Shown here: positions 30,196 through 44,405 of the stretch, piece after piece
Layout of the letters: the number at the start of each line of letters is the position of its first letter
Position numbering within the stretch: position 1 is the first letter of the stretch
NCBI GenBank assembly: GCA_951406725.2
Contig: OX597823.1
Location: 90,706,001 to 90,770,000 of the forward strand
Direction: 5' to 3'
Source of the DNA: Octopus vulgaris
Taxonomy: Eukaryota
Length of the DNA stretch: 64,000 nucleotides
Made by a program: the position numbers and the translations under genes
Notes under the pieces: model-generated
The model's database searches: none
The model's input: only the letters and a program-made list of their open reading frames with translations
What the model was told of the DNA's origin: nothing

Positions 30196-30564
30196 TCCAT
30201 GCGCGCGCGTGTGTGGTGTGTATGTGTGTGTGTGTGTGCGTGTGTGTGTGTTTGTCTTTGTGTTTGTCCCCTCCTGCCACTTGACAACTTGTTGTGTTTA
30301 CGTCCTCGAAACTTTGTGGCTCGGCAAAAAAAATATAATAAAATAAGGAATAAAATAAAATAAAAGGAGGTAGCAGGCTTAGAATTGAGTCCTAGGGTCG
30401 ATTTGGTACAAAAATAAACCTTCAGCATGAAGCTCCAGCATGGCTGGAATCCCACGACTTGAACAAGTAAAGGAATAAAACACACACACACACTCACACA
30501 CGCACACACACACACACGCACGCACACATACACACGCATAAAACACACACACACACACACATAA

Positions 30565-31142
30565 TTTTCTACTTTAGGTAAAAGGCCCGAATTTTCATGG
30601 AGGGGGCCAGACGACTAGATCGACCCCAGTATGCAATGGGTACTTAATTTATCGACCCTGAAAGGATGAAAAGCAAAGTCGACCTCGGCGGAATTTGAAC
30701 TCAGAACATAAAGAGAAACGAAATACCTGTTTCTTTATGACCCACAAGGGGCTAAACACAGAGAGGACAAACAAGGACAGACAAACGGATTAAGTCGATT
30801 ATATCGACCCCAGTGTGTAACTGGTACTTATTTAATTGACCCTGAAAGGATGAAAGGCAAAGTCGACCTCGGTGGAATTTGAACTCAGAACGTAACGGCA
30901 GACGAAATACCTATTTCTTTATTACCCACTAGGGGCTAAACATAGAGGAGACAAACAAGGACAGACATAGGTATTAAGTCGATTACATCGACCTCAGTGC
31001 GGAACTGGTACTTAATTTATCGACCCCGAAAGGATGAAAGGCAAAGTCAACCTCGGCGGAATTTGAACTCACAACGTAACGGCAGACGAAATACCGCTAC
31101 GCATTTCGCCCGGCGTGCTAACGTTTCTGCCAGCTCGCCACC

Positions 31143-31143
<1 letters not shown>
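30565..31143 (-). mobile_element. Family D SINE trimer
   Basis: Head at 31143 and three body units. The last unit has an alternative tail (aaattcgggccttttacctaaagtagaaaat). Confidence 0.85.
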
Positions 31144-31179
<36 letters not shown>

Positions 31180-31194
31180 CACACACACACACAC

Positions 31195-31230
<36 letters not shown>

Positions 31231-31894
31231 ATACACGTACACATCTATCCATCACATCAATTTGATACGTTCGTGTAAACGAACATTTTGAATATGACTA
31301 TATATTTATACCTTATTCAATGACGCTGCGTGCGCCTCTCATTTGTTAATTCCAGCTTGACCAAGCTCTGCTCACGTTAGCAAGTATATTATTTACTGAT
31401 CTTGTATATTAAAACCAATCTTTCTTCAGGGCTGTGATCAACTGATACAGTTTTCTTAACTTATGAAGCGTAACGACGCAAAAACCGACGCATTTTGCGA
31501 GACTATGGCGTCATTCATTGCCCAATGTTTTGTTTTTATATATAGATGCAGCACGGAGTTTTGACGAAAATATTTTGACAAATTAAATTTAAATGTTGAA
31601 GTGAATCTAACGGTTTTTGTGAGTTTCTTAAATGGCTTATAAACACCTTCCACGCTGCAATTGTTTTCGTTCCAGCACACGATCTCAGATCAGGTCACTT
31701 GCTATGCAAGTACATCTCCGAAATTTATATATATTGCTTTTGAGGAAAATTTTCTCCTAAGATTAACTTTGCAGCGAAAAGTCTTCCCACATCCGTGTGT
31801 ACACGAAATACTAAATACAATCGTACAACACAACAAAACACACACACGCGCGCGCGCGCGCGCACGAGTATATATAACAGCTAATGTGCACGAC

Positions 31895-32310
31895 TGAAAG
31901 AGCTTACAATGTGGTGCGTCCCCAAAGTCCATCCTCTCCTCACCGTGGTGGGGACGCTGGCAACGGGTAGTGTCAGATCTATGCCGTCGGGAACTTCGGT
32001 TCCTGGTAGGGCCACCCAAGACAGATTGGTCTGATACCAAGTGGCATTAGAATCACAACCCGGCAGACGGGTCTCTGGTGAAAATCCTCGGAGTGTCTGT
32101 TTCGGCAACCGGCGGCTCCTCGGTCGTTCTGTCCCTGCGTCAGTAGACAATCTGCGGCAAACAGGATGTCTCCACATGCAAGATTGTTGGGAACCGCTTG
32201 TTAAATCCACATATTCCCACGAAACTTCTTCCACTGCCATGGTTCGGGATGCCTCGAGGGTGGTGGAAGAAGCCGACTCAACCCGCCCAGGGTGAATGTC
32301 GCCACAAGTA
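31895..32310 (+). mobile_element. GC-rich fragment resembling an RTE LINE 5' region
   Basis: ggtagggccacccaagacaga motif recalls RTE/BovB 5' UTRs; abrupt boundaries. Confidence 0.35.
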
Positions 32311-32698
32311 CAAGTAAGTAATGTGGTGCCCTAGTATGGCCATCATCCTACAAACGAATCAAATAAAAGAATAACGAAAGAAAATATGCAGCAACCAAGC
32401 ATTATTCACAAAAGTAGGGTGATTAATCTTTAAACCGTTTAAATCTTTAATGAAGTCTTCAGTTCCTTTTAAGTCAATACTTTAACCCTCAATCAAATAT
32501 TCTAGCTGTTTTAAGGTGAAGCTAGCCACATCTGGCCTCTCACACCTACCCTACAATATCATTCTGAAAATAAACAGTAACATCCTAAAAATCTTGATGA
32601 CGTACAATTAAGTTAAATGAAAGTGAGTAAATAAGCATTACATTCGACTGAGTAATATTAATGCTAAAGAGATAGATAGATAGTCAGACATATAGATA

Positions 32699-32965
32699 TG
32701 TTTCTTTATTAGCCACACAGGGCTGCACACAGACGGGACAGATTACAAAGTAGAGCTTTTCTTTTGGGGGAGAAAAAACATGTGGGGTAGGTTTTCGATC
32801 AAAAGGGATCGTAAAAGGGAAAGAAAGGGAAAAAACGATCAATAGGGATCGTGTATCACAGAAATGTCATGATGTAAAGCGTAAAGGGGGAAGCAGATAA
32901 GGTTTATCCGTGGAAAGAAAAGCCTACGGAAAAGACCACGGTAACCTCGGTCAATAATGTCACAT
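32699..32965 (-). mobile_element. Tx1 LINE 3' UTR-only copy within (GATA)n
   Basis: Reverse complement of 33925-34190; GATA repeats on both sides. Confidence 0.9.
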
Positions 32966-32985
32966 AGATAGCTAGATAGACTGAC

Positions 32986-33025
<40 letters not shown>

Positions 33026-33026
33026 T

Positions 33027-33127
<101 letters not shown>

Positions 33128-33606
33128 AGGGGACGTCGGGGTTGTTTAATAAATAAAAAAAAAAATGAATAACGACTCTCGAAATTGTCTTGAAGGGTCG
33201 CCCATAACTGCAACAACCACTTGTGGCTCACAAGGCGGTAGTTTGGCCATCGTTGACACAGAGAGCTCCGTCGTTGGCTGGAATGATCGAGGTGGTGGTG
33301 GTGGTGGTAGTGGTGGCCAGAGCCTTTGTGATGAATTTTTCAAGGCGAGGAAAACGAAGCTGTCCTGTTCTCCATCCTACTCACTGTGAAAGACCTGACG
33401 GGGGGGGGAGAATTGTTACCGGTATTAGATATTCATGAGGCTCCTTTTTCTGGAGTTACAAGTCCGTCATTTGGGTATCCATTCCCCAGATGAATGTACC
33501 AGCTCAACATCATGCCCTCCTCTCATAAACCCTGGGGGTGATGGTGGTGGTCATGGCATTTTGGTCTGGTGGAGAAAGCAGACGAGTTGAATCTCTGTGC
33601 TTCTCT

Positions 33607-33649
<43 letters not shown>

Positions 33650-33680
33650 CCTATCTATCTATCTATCTATCTATCTATCA

Positions 33681-33734
<54 letters not shown>

Positions 33735-33738
<4 letters not shown>

Positions 33739-34190
33739 TCAAGTATCACTTGAAAAGGAAAGTGAAAGTAGAGAGGCAAGTTTTGTCTAGCGAATGTTTC
33801 AAAAAAAGATGGGTGAATGTAGCAAGGATGGCACGTATGAATGACGAAGCCACCTTGAGCATAATCCTATGAACCCGGAAAAATTTAAAACAGAGGGTTA
33901 CTTACTTGCAAACAAATGTGTTAACATGTGACATATTTGACCGAGGTTACAGCGGTCTTTTCCGTAGGCTTTTCTTTCCACGGAATAACCTTATCTGTTT
34001 CCCCCTTTACACTTTACATCATGACATTTCTATGATACACGATCCTTATTAATCGTTTTTTCCCTTTCTTTCCCTTTTACGATCCCTTATGATCGAAAAC
34101 CGACCCCACTTTTTTTTCTCCCCCAAAAGAAAACTCTACTTTGTAATCTGTTCCGTCTGTGTTCAGCCCTGTGTGGCTAATAAAGAAACA
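33735..34190 (+). mobile_element. Tx1 LINE 3' fragment (ORF2 end plus 3' UTR)
   Basis: FKYHLKRKVKVERQVLSSECFKKRW..., ending ccctgtgtggctaataaagaaaca; (TATC)n on both sides. Confidence 0.92.
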
Positions 34191-34200
34191 TCTATCTATC

Positions 34201-35671
34201 TGGGCCGAGAGGAAACTGTCCCTAAATGGTCGGCCGGAGGTGGCGAACACGTACATCGCGTCCATCATCTACTACCGCCTGACCGTCGTACCTTGTCCCG
34301 ACCCTACCATCACCAAACTAGAACGCATTCTCTTCCGCTTCTTGTGGAAAGGATGCGTCCCGATGGTCAGGCGATCCATTTGCTGTCAACACCCGTTAAA
34401 AGGAGGGCTGGGCATGCCGTGGTTGATGATGCGCAGACACGCGCTGAGACTGCGACATCTCCGGCTCTATGTAGACGACGGTGAACAGGTGTTGTCGCCG
34501 TTTGTGAGGCACGCTTTCCCGCAGCTCGTCTCCATGACCGAACTGCAGTCGTGGATCAAAAAGAGGCCGAGGAAGGGCGAATGGCACCGCGAGTGTCGCG
34601 TTGCTCTCAAGCAACTCTGCCGTCCTGGGTCGACCTTGAGTGACTTCAACACAACCAAAGCATTATATAGGGGATTAGTGGAGGGGGGTACGACGACGAC
34701 CTTGGAGCAAACCTGGGCGTCAACGAGGAATACCTGACCCGCCTGTTTGAAACGACTTTCGGGCCGGGACCTATGGACAACTTCCAGAGATCCCTGACCT
34801 GGCGGTGCTACCGAGAAGCGCTACTCATTCGGGATAAGCTCTATAGGCATGGCTCGAGAAACACGGAGCCGGCCTGCCCGAGATGCGGGCAGAGCGACGA
34901 AACCGCTCTGCACGCAATCGTGCAGTGTCCAACAATTTCCGACCTGTGGGCTTATGTCGAACGACTGCTGTCACGTGTGGGATGTGTCGGTTCATCAGCC
35001 GAGTCTATCGTTAATATCGTCACGCCTCCTTCCTTCAAACGGGAAGGAAGAGCTATTTTTATCATACTTGTGGCTATGGCGAAAGAATGTATTTGGTGGA
35101 CACGCCTGAAAGGATTAGAGACAAACACTTTCCCCTCTGGTCAGTCTCTCATCAACTTCTTCAAGTATCACATGAAGAGGAAAGTGAGAGTAGAGAGGCA
35201 AGTTTTGTCTAGTGAATGTTTTAAAAAAAGTTGGGTGAAAGTAGCAAGGATGGCACGTATGAATGACGAAGCCACATTGACTATGATACTATGAACCGTA
35301 AAAATTAATACAGAGAGTTGCTTATTTGCAAAAAAAAAAAGAAATATAACATGTGACTTCATTGACCGAGGTTACCGTGGTCTTTTCCGTAGGCTTTTCT
35401 TTCCACGGGTAAACCTCACCTGTCCTCCCCTTTACACTTCATATTGACATTTCTGTGATAACGATCCCTATTGATCAATTTTTTTTCCTTTCCCCTTTTT
35501 TTGTCCCCCCCCTTTTTTTTATTTTATTCCCCCCTTTTTTTGTCCTCTTTCTTTCCTTTTACGATCCCTTTTAATCGAAAACCAAACCCCCTTCTTTTAC
35601 CCCCAAAAGAAAAGCTCTACCTTGTAATTTGTCCTGTCTGTGTGCATCCCTGTGTGGCTAATAAAGAAACA
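34201..35671 (+). mobile_element. 5'-truncated Tx1 LINE with 1-nt frameshift near 34685
   Basis: WAERKLSLNGR..., C-terminal CPRC-X8-H-X4-C knuckle, same 3' end, TATC-flanked. Confidence 0.93.
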
Positions 35672-36404
35672 TATCTATCTATCTATCTATCTATCCCTCT
35701 TTCTCTCCCCCCTCTCTCTCTCTATCTCTCTATCTATCTATCTATCTATTCATCTATATATATGCATATATATCTTTTTAGCTGCCCTTCTACCCCCTCT
35801 CTGTCTACCTATCAATTAATCTATCTGTGTGCGTGTGTCTGTGTGTATGTATGTATGTATGTATGTATGTATGTATGTATGTATGTATGTATGTATGTAT
35901 GTATGTATGTATGTATGCGTGTGTGTAAATGTGTCTGTAATACGTATATTTGTGAGTATGTGTGTATGGATGAGAATACATGTCTGTGTTCTATACTCTT
36001 TTACTCTTTTACTTGTTTCAGTCATTTGACTGCGGCCATGCTGGAGCACCGCCTTTAGTCGAGCAAATCGACCTCGGGACCTATTCTTTGTAAGCCCAGT
36101 ACTTATTCTATCGGTCTCTTTTTGCCGAACCGCTAGGTGACGGGGACGTAAACACACCAGCATCGGTTGTCAAGCAATGCTAGGGGGACAAACACAGACA
36201 CACAAACACACACATACATACACACATATACATATATGCGACAGGCTTCTTTCAGTTTCCGTCTACCAAATCCACTCACAAGGCATTGGTCGGCCCGGGG
36301 CTATAGCAGAAGACACTTACGCAAGATGCCACGCAGTGGGACTGAACCCAGAACCATGTGGTTGGTTAGCAAGCTACTTACCACACAGCTACTCCTGCGC
36401 ATAT

Positions 36405-36596
36405 ATTTGCATCTCTCTGTGTTTATATTTTATCTTTCTGTTATTTTAGCCATCAGAGTGCGACCATACTGGAGCACAGCATTGAAGGATTTTCAGTCGA
36501 ATGAAGCGATCCCCGTACTTGTTGATCTATATATATATATGTTTATGTTTATGTTTTCCAGTTTCAGCTCTTGAGCTGTGGCCATGCTGGGGCACC

Positions 36597-36646
<50 letters not shown>

Positions 36647-36826
36647 ATTAAGTGTATGCGAGATGTATAGCGATGTATCTGTACATGTTTGTGCGCGTGC
36701 GCGTGCAATGTCTGTAAATGTGTGTATGTGCGTATGTGTGTGTATGTAGTATTTGTAGGTGTGCGCATGTTTATGTGTCTGTGTGTAATGCCTGTAGGTT
36801 TGTCTGTCTATCTGTGAGTGTGTCTG

Positions 36827-36863
<37 letters not shown>

Positions 36864-37133
36864 AGTGTTTGTAGGTGTGTGTACGTTTGTGTGTCTGCCT
36901 GTGCGCGTGTTCCTGTGTCTGTGTGTAAGTTCTACAGGCTTGTATGTGTAAGTGAATATATGCTTGTGTGTGTGTGTGTGTGTATTTGTGTCTGTGTGTA
37001 TGAGCGTAATTCTGAATATGTGTGTGTGTGTGTTTGTGTGAATAATTTGCATATATTTGCATGTGTGTGTGAGATGTGAATATATTTGTGTATGCGTTTG
37101 CATGTAAGCATGTATTTATGTGTAATGTGAATA

Positions 37134-37171
<38 letters not shown>

Positions 37172-37647
37172 TGTTTCTTTCTGTACTCGCGTGTGTATAT
37201 GTATGTTTTTGTATGTATGTATGTATGTATGTATGTATGTATGTATGTGTGTGTGTGTGTATGTATGTATGTGTGTATGTATGTATGTATGTGTGTATGT
37301 GTGTATGTATGAAGGTTATAACAAATATTTGTATATGTGTGTGCGTACGTGTGTATGTATATGTATGCTTGAATATACGTATATTCTTCTTTCTGCATAT
37401 GTGTGTATGTACGTACGCTTGTGTGTGTGTTAAATTGTTCGTGTTTGTGATTCTGTGTGTGTGTGTGAGTGTGTGTGTGTGTGTGTATGTTTATATGCAT
37501 CTGCGCACGTATTTATGTATGTTTGCATCTCTCTGTGTTTATATTTTATATTTCTGTTCTTTCAGCCATCAGAGTGCGACCGACCATACTGGAGCACTGC
37601 ATTGAAGGATTTTCAGTCGAATGAAGCGATCCCCGTACTTGTTGATG
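36405..37647. repeat. Local ~125-bp direct duplication about 1.1 kb apart
   Basis: tttgcatctctctgtgtttata...gaagcgatccccgtacttgttgat at about 36405-36526 and 37521-37647. Confidence 0.75.
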
Positions 37648-37733
37648 TATGTGTTTGTTTGTGCGGATGTGTGTGCGTGAGTGTGTGTGCGTATATGTGA
37701 GCTGCATGTTTGGGACTGTATGTATACACATTC

Positions 37734-37822
<89 letters not shown>

Positions 37823-40370
37823 AGCACTAGCCATAGATAGAAATAGAGTAGAGGGTGAACTAGTAAAGAACCTAGAAGAGGCAATTAGAAGCGGCATCGC
37901 ATCCGACGTTTTGGCGGCGAGGTTGGCCCTCGACCAACACTTCAACGCCAAACACGAAGGATGTGCTGTCAGAGCTAGGATGCGTGCTCTAAGGAACGAA
38001 GGTGTTGAAGCCGCGAGAGAGGCCCGGGTGGCAGAGGCGCAACAGGGCAACAAAGCCACCATTCGGTCTCTGGTAGATGAGTAGGGGCGTGAATTGCTCG
38101 AGCCAAGTAAAATGTGTGAGGCCTTTCAACAGCATTTTGCCCGACTGTTCGGGACAAGTGGCGGGCAAGAACGTAGGGTGGACTTCAGTGCCTACCTACA
38201 CAGCCTACCACAACTCTCCACAAGAGAGGCAGGGTGCTGCGAAGGTGCCATCACGGTGGCGGAAGTGCAGGACGCGATGGCAGAATGCTCGAGGGACAAA
38301 TCGCCGGGTTTGGATGGTCTACCCTACGAGCTTTACAGTTGTATGCCAGACTTGTTTGGAGACGTCTTGGCAGCAGTGTACTGCAACTGGCAGCAGAACG
38401 GGAGCATTCCTGGTTTTGTGAGCCGAGGAGCCGTAACACTGCTGAAGAAAGATCTAAACAAGGGAAATGTAATAGATAACTTTAGGCCCATCACTCTGCT
38501 TAATGCAGACTTGAAAATTTTGGCCAAGGTGTTAGCCAAGAGGTTGTCGCTTGTCATAGAGAAACTGGTCGACAAGGCGCAAACGTGCGCCGTGCCGTGC
38601 CGGGCCATCCATGACAACCTCCATCTGATGCGCTACATCATAGACAAGGTAGTTAACGAACCTGACATGGGTGGGACGCTGATCAATTTGGATCAATCGA
38701 AAGCTTTCGATAGGGTAGACCATCGATACTTGGAGGCAGTCCTCAGAGCGGCTGGCTTCGGTCCCGTCTTCCGCGGCTGGATAGCCGCTTTGTACAGAGG
38801 CATCCGTTCGGTAATTCGCGTAAATGGATATCTATCGAGACCTTTCGACGTCGCACGTTCGGTCCGTCAGGGATGCCCCCTCTCGTCGCTTCTATACGTA
38901 TTGACTCTCGAGCCACTACTGCGGAAGCTGGCGACTCTGAGGGGCATCCCGCGAGAACTGGGATGCGGGACGAGCGTGTCTGCATACGCGGACGACGTCA
39001 CCGTCTTAGTGTCTAGCCACGAGCACATCGAGCAGGTCGGCGAGACACTGAAAAACTACGAAGCGGTGACAGGAGCAAAAATCAACCGGGAAAAGTCAGT
39101 GGGCTTGCGAATAGGCACCTGGAGAAGCAAGCTCATGCTGTCCACCAGCGCCTCCGTTGTGGGACGCTGGACCGACGGTCCGGTCGAGTTGCTCGGGGTC
39201 TGGTTCGGTCCGGACCTCCAAATGGAGAAGAACTGGAACGAGATAACGAGTAGGGTGGTCACTCTCGCCCGGCAATGGGCCGAGAGGAAACTGTCCCTAA
39301 AAGGTCGGGCGGAGGTGGCGAACACGTACGTTGCGTCCGTTATCTACAACCACCTGACCGTCGTGCCTTGTCCCGACCCTACCATCACCAAACTAGAACG
39401 CATTCTCTTCCGCTTCTTGTGGAAAGGATGCGTCCCGATGGTCAGGCGATCCATTTGCTGTCAACACCCGTTAAAAGGAGGACTGGGCATGTCGTGGTTG
39501 ATGATGCGCAGACACGCGCTGAGATTGCGACATCTCAGGCTCTTCATAGACGACGGTGAACAGGTGTGGTCGCCGTTTGTGAGGCACGCTTTCCCGCAGC
39601 TCGTCTCCATGACCGAACTGCAATGGTGGATCAAAAAGAGGCCGAGGAAGGGCGAATGGCACCGCGAGTGTCGCGTTGCTCTCAAGCAACTCTGCCGTCC
39701 TGGGTCAACCTTGAGTGACTCCATCACAACCAAAGCATTCTATAGGGGCTTAGTGGAGGGGAGGTACGACGACAAGCTCGGGGCGAACCTGGACGTCGAC
39801 GAGGAATACCTGACCTGCCTGTTCGGGACGACTTTCGGGCCAGGGCCCATGGACAACTTCCAAGGATCCCTGGCCTGGCAGTGCTACCGATAAGCGCTAC
39901 CCGTTCGGGATAAGCTCTACAGACACGGCTCGAGAAACACGGGGCCGACCTGCCCGAGATGCGGTCAGAGCGACGAAACCGTTCTGCACGCACTCGTGCA
40001 GTGTCCAGATATTTCAGAGCTGTGGACCTTCGTCGAACAGCTGTTGTCACGTGTAGGTCGGGCCCGCCTATCGGCCGAGTCTATCGAGAATATTGTTTCA
40101 CCACCTTCCTTTAAACAGGAAGGGAAAACGGTTTTCGCTTCACTGATGGCTATGGCGAAAGAATGTGTGTGGTGGACGCGTTTGAAAGGACTGCAAACAA
40201 ACACCTTCCTCTCTGGTCAGTCTCTCGTCAACTTTTTCAAGTACCACTTGAAAAGAAGGATGAGAATAGAGAGGAAGGCTTTGTCGAACGAATGTTTTAA
40301 TAAAAAGTGGGTAAAAGTGGCAAAAATGGTCAGTATGAAAGACGACACTATTTTAAGCATAAATCTGTAA
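37823..40370 (+). pseudogene. Tx1 ORF2 (reverse transcriptase plus CCHC knuckle) with two in-frame stops
   Basis: KSPGLDGLPYE, FRPITLLNADLKILAK, LDQSKAFDRVDH, VRQGCPLS, AYADDV, CPRC...H...C. Stops at about 38082 (TAG) and 39891 (TAA, GAA in the sister copy); no frameshift. Confidence 0.95.
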
Positions 40371-40676
40371 CCAAAAGAGACAACGAGAAGTAAGGCGACT
40401 TACTCACGTGTTCTTTTTCGAACTGTCTGAGGTGACCTTGGTCTATTTTGTAGGTTTTTCTTTCCAAGGCTACACCTAAACTGTGAACCTTATATATATA
40501 TATATATATTGCTTTTTTTATACACCACACAACCCACAGATCCCTATTGATCAAACGTTTTTTTTTTTTTTTTTTTTTTTTGTGCCCCACCCATCCCACC
40601 TCGAAAAGAAAAAATTCTACATTGTATTTCGTCCATTTTTATTTTGTGTTTAGCCCTGTGTGGCTACAATAAAAAG

Positions 40677-40677
<1 letters not shown>
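37823..40677 (+). mobile_element. 5'-truncated Tx1/L1-clade LINE (2.85 kb) in (TATC)n
   Basis: Begins in the EN-RT linker with no endonuclease domain and ends gtggctacaataaaaagt; long TATC arrays on both sides. Confidence 0.95.
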
Positions 40678-40731
<54 letters not shown>

Positions 40732-40732
40732 C

Positions 40733-40773
<41 letters not shown>

Positions 40774-40793
40774 GGCCTGTCTGTGTGTCTGTG

Positions 40794-40833
<40 letters not shown>

Positions 40834-40905
40834 CGTCTCTATTTCTCTCTTTCTGTCTATGTCTGTATATATCTCTCTCTCCCCTCCCTGCCAATCTCTC
40901 TCCCC

Positions 40906-40960
<55 letters not shown>

Positions 40961-41054
40961 CTTCTTTCTCTCTCTCTCTCTACTCTCACGTGACCTGCTG
41001 GTCAATCCTTGGCGCTCTGTTTCTTCCCCCCTCTTCCTTCCCCCCTCTTTAATT

Positions 41055-41095
<41 letters not shown>

Positions 41096-41547
41096 CTCAC
41101 GTGACCTGCTGATCAACTAGCCATTCCGCTGGTGACCGCTGCCGGTTCAACATTGTCTTCGTCCCCCGAAAAGGCATTTTTTCAAAACACGCCTGCTAGA
41201 TAAGTTAAATTTGTCTAAAGTCGTAAGACACCTGCTGTTGTCCTGTTATTACCATTCTTGTTTTTAATTTAATTTTTGTTTTTTTGTATATATATTCGTG
41301 TGGCTTCGTCCGTTTTTCTGTCCTTGTTTCGTTTACATTCGATCCTTTTTCCAAGAAATCTAATGCTCGCAGCTTAGTTTTTCATTGGAGCTTGCCGTTT
41401 CGGAGCAATATCAGGATTAATCAGCCGAAATTTGCTATGATGATCCGGTTTCTGACTGAAGATTAAAGGCTTCGAATGACCCGTCCGTTTTTTGTGTCGT
41501 CTCTTTGTGTATTTCACGTTCTTGTCCTTTTTTATATATAATTTTTA

Positions 41548-41669
<122 letters not shown>

Positions 41670-41883
41670 TCTATCTGTCTGTCTATCCGTTTATATGTAT
41701 ATTGGTTTAAGTGCGTAGTTTTGTGTGTTTAAACGTACCAGCGTGTATGTCTACGCTTGCATGTTTGTATGCATGTGTATTTGCTCGAAGATAAACACGA
41801 GAACTCGGGTTTATATTCATTTGTACATGTGCATATATTAGTGCGACCCCCCCCCCCCGCGCACACACTCTCACGCACACACT

Positions 41884-44005
41884 CATCAGGTTGAGTTAAA
41901 TTTTTTCCCCGATTTTCATTGATGATTTCGGCAACTTGTTTTTGTATGTTACATCATTAATTTGATACATGTCTAATTGTTACTGAATAGTTTATTCTTT
42001 AATTTCGTGTATAACATATAAGCATTAATTATTTATTCATTATTTTTACAGCTGTGATAATGAATGGCGAAAAAATTGTCATTAGAACCAATTCACGCTA
42101 CATGTGAACGAAAAGAACTGGGTGTAAGGGTAGCGGCATAAGAAATTGACGATGCGGCAGGTCCAGGAACTGTTAACCAACATGTGGCGCAAAACTGGTT
42201 CAGACGATTCAAGGCCTCAAAGTTAAACAAAGGTCAAGGAGACTTGTAGTGGAGGATGAACCTTTGCTTGAAATGGTCAAACAGTCAAACATAAGCATTC
42301 GTATATTGTTGGCAGAACTTGGTCCTTGACAAAGCACCGTAGCGTACGCTTAGTGAAATTCTCTCTCTCTCCCTCACTCTGTTATATATACATAAGTATG
42401 GACGTAGTAAATAACAGCTAACCTTCGGCCGCCTTTTTGGACCCTGTTGTGTCCACTACTCTGATTCGTTGGTATGGGCGCAGTTTGTCTCTTGCTCTAT
42501 TACGCGCCAATATGCAACCCAACCAATCGCAGCCTTCTGATAAGGTCACGTGAGACAGTCGCTTCTAAACCTCAGTTTGCGCCGACTATTCACTATAAAA
42601 CGCTAGCTTCAATACCGTCTTTCGTCTTCGGTTACAGACCTTTTAGGTCTAGCCGCTGACCACCCAGGACACAGCCAGTTCCAGCGACAACACAATAGCA
42701 GCCACATGGAGACGAATCAAAACTCGTCCAACAGCATACGGCAATCTCTTTCTTCGTCGCCTTCATCTTCTTAACGTCGTCAACAACATCTCTCTACGTA
42801 CACAGCAACCAGCAACCCTCGCACACGTTCTATCTCAACACTGTTCGTGAATTACTTCACCATGGTTAAGAGCAAATACAACCTGCGAGAACTGTAACAA
42901 CTCAACCGACTCTGCATTGTAGCCACCACTTCTTTGTGCCTCAACTTCTTGATACAGCACTTCAACTATCGTGTACCTTGACTACGAACTAGTATTTATC
43001 ATCCTTGTGTCTGAACATTCTTCTAACGCCATATTATAGACTCTCTCAATGCTCTGTACTCATTGCACACGCATACATCCACGTTTCTACTTACACATTA
43101 TATATACATGATGACCTATCTATTATTATGCATATATGACGCACACACAGACACACATGTTAACCTATCAATAAAATCTTTCTCTTAAACATTTTACCGG
43201 TTGTGTCTCTCTTTTCCTTCTGGCACTTGTACTCATTCATACCTTTCGCATCTATTGTAATCGACCGTGTGGTGTTATAAAGAAGCTATTCATCGTCACC
43301 TCTCCTTCACACGGTCGTTCTACAGCACCATCAATCGATATTTTCATAAGCCCGGCCTCACGAACAAATGCTGTCCAGAACCAGGTTCAACGACGTGTGA
43401 ACATTTGAAAACAACCGATGGTAAGTCTTCGTGATGCTAGTTTTTCTCGTTGGATAATAATTGGGGATGAAAAATGGGTGTATTTTCGCAATACTAAGAG
43501 AAATCAGTGACTTCGTTCTAACCAGGTTTCAGAACCTGTTGTCAAACAATGGCGGTTGACAACAGAAAGCCATGTTGTGTGTTTGGTGGAATTTCGGTAG
43601 GGTAATACACTTTGGACTTGTCCCAGATGGTCATGCTGTGAACGCTAACAGCTGCAGCGAGTATATGATACTTTGAAAGCCCGCTACCCGGCATTGGTCA
43701 GTCGAAGACACGCGCTTCCCCAGTACACATTGTAAATGTGACCAAGTGCAAACTTGAGGAACTGGGAAGTGCTGCCTCAGTCTGCCGGCAGTCCATATCT
43801 TCGGCCATCAAATTACCACCTTTTCCAAGTCATTTTCTGCACTCACGGAGGTCCTACAATGTGGATGAGGCTGAAAACGGGTGCAGGGAGTTTTTTCTTT
43901 TGTTTTACCTCTAAACCAGCCAATTGGCATAAGGGTGGAATTGAGCTTCTGGCACAACGATGACAACAGACAATAGAAAATGGTGGGATACATTTCGATG
44001 AATAA
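41884..44005 (+). mobile_element. Decayed mariner transposon interrupted by a solo LTR
   Basis: QNWFRRFK, QSTINR, IIGDEKWVYF, AMLCVWWNF, WEVLPQSAGSPYLRPSNYHLF (YSPDLAPSDYHLF-like); many stops and frameshifts. Confidence 0.88.
42338..43324 (+). mobile_element. Solo LTR (987 bp; Gypsy-like by its 4-bp TSD)
   Basis: Ends (c)gtag...ctaca, TSD GCAC (42334-42337 and 43325-43328). Removal restores the mariner frame QSTINR. TATAAAA at about 42594 and AATAAA at about 43170. Confidence 0.85.
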
Positions 44006-44086
44006 AGGCTTTTCGCATATACATACATACGCACACACACACACACACACACACTCACACACACACACACATACATACATACATAC

Positions 44087-44121
<35 letters not shown>

Positions 44122-44129
44122 GATATATG

Positions 44130-44190
<61 letters not shown>

Positions 44191-44362
44191 TTTCGGTGCG
44201 AACGGTTTTTTTTTATTACAGCGCCGTCATTTACAATCGTGTAAATAATAGTAATGGTATTTTTATATAAGCTTAAAGCTTATGGCGATCACCGTGCAAT
44301 GAGTAAGGAAAATAGTCTAATAAAGGGGCATAAAAGCCCTCGACAGAAAAAAGATGGCTTTC

Positions 44363-44405
<43 letters not shown>

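Noticed and set aside
38094-39893. Active RT gene or prokaryote-type RT system
   Set aside because: Truncated LINE ORF2 lacking the endonuclease and carrying two stops; the context is eukaryotic.
41395-41490. Hammerhead-like fragments here and at 45285-45325, 28635-28655 and 31560-31582
   Set aside because: The core or 5' half is missing or too degenerate to call.
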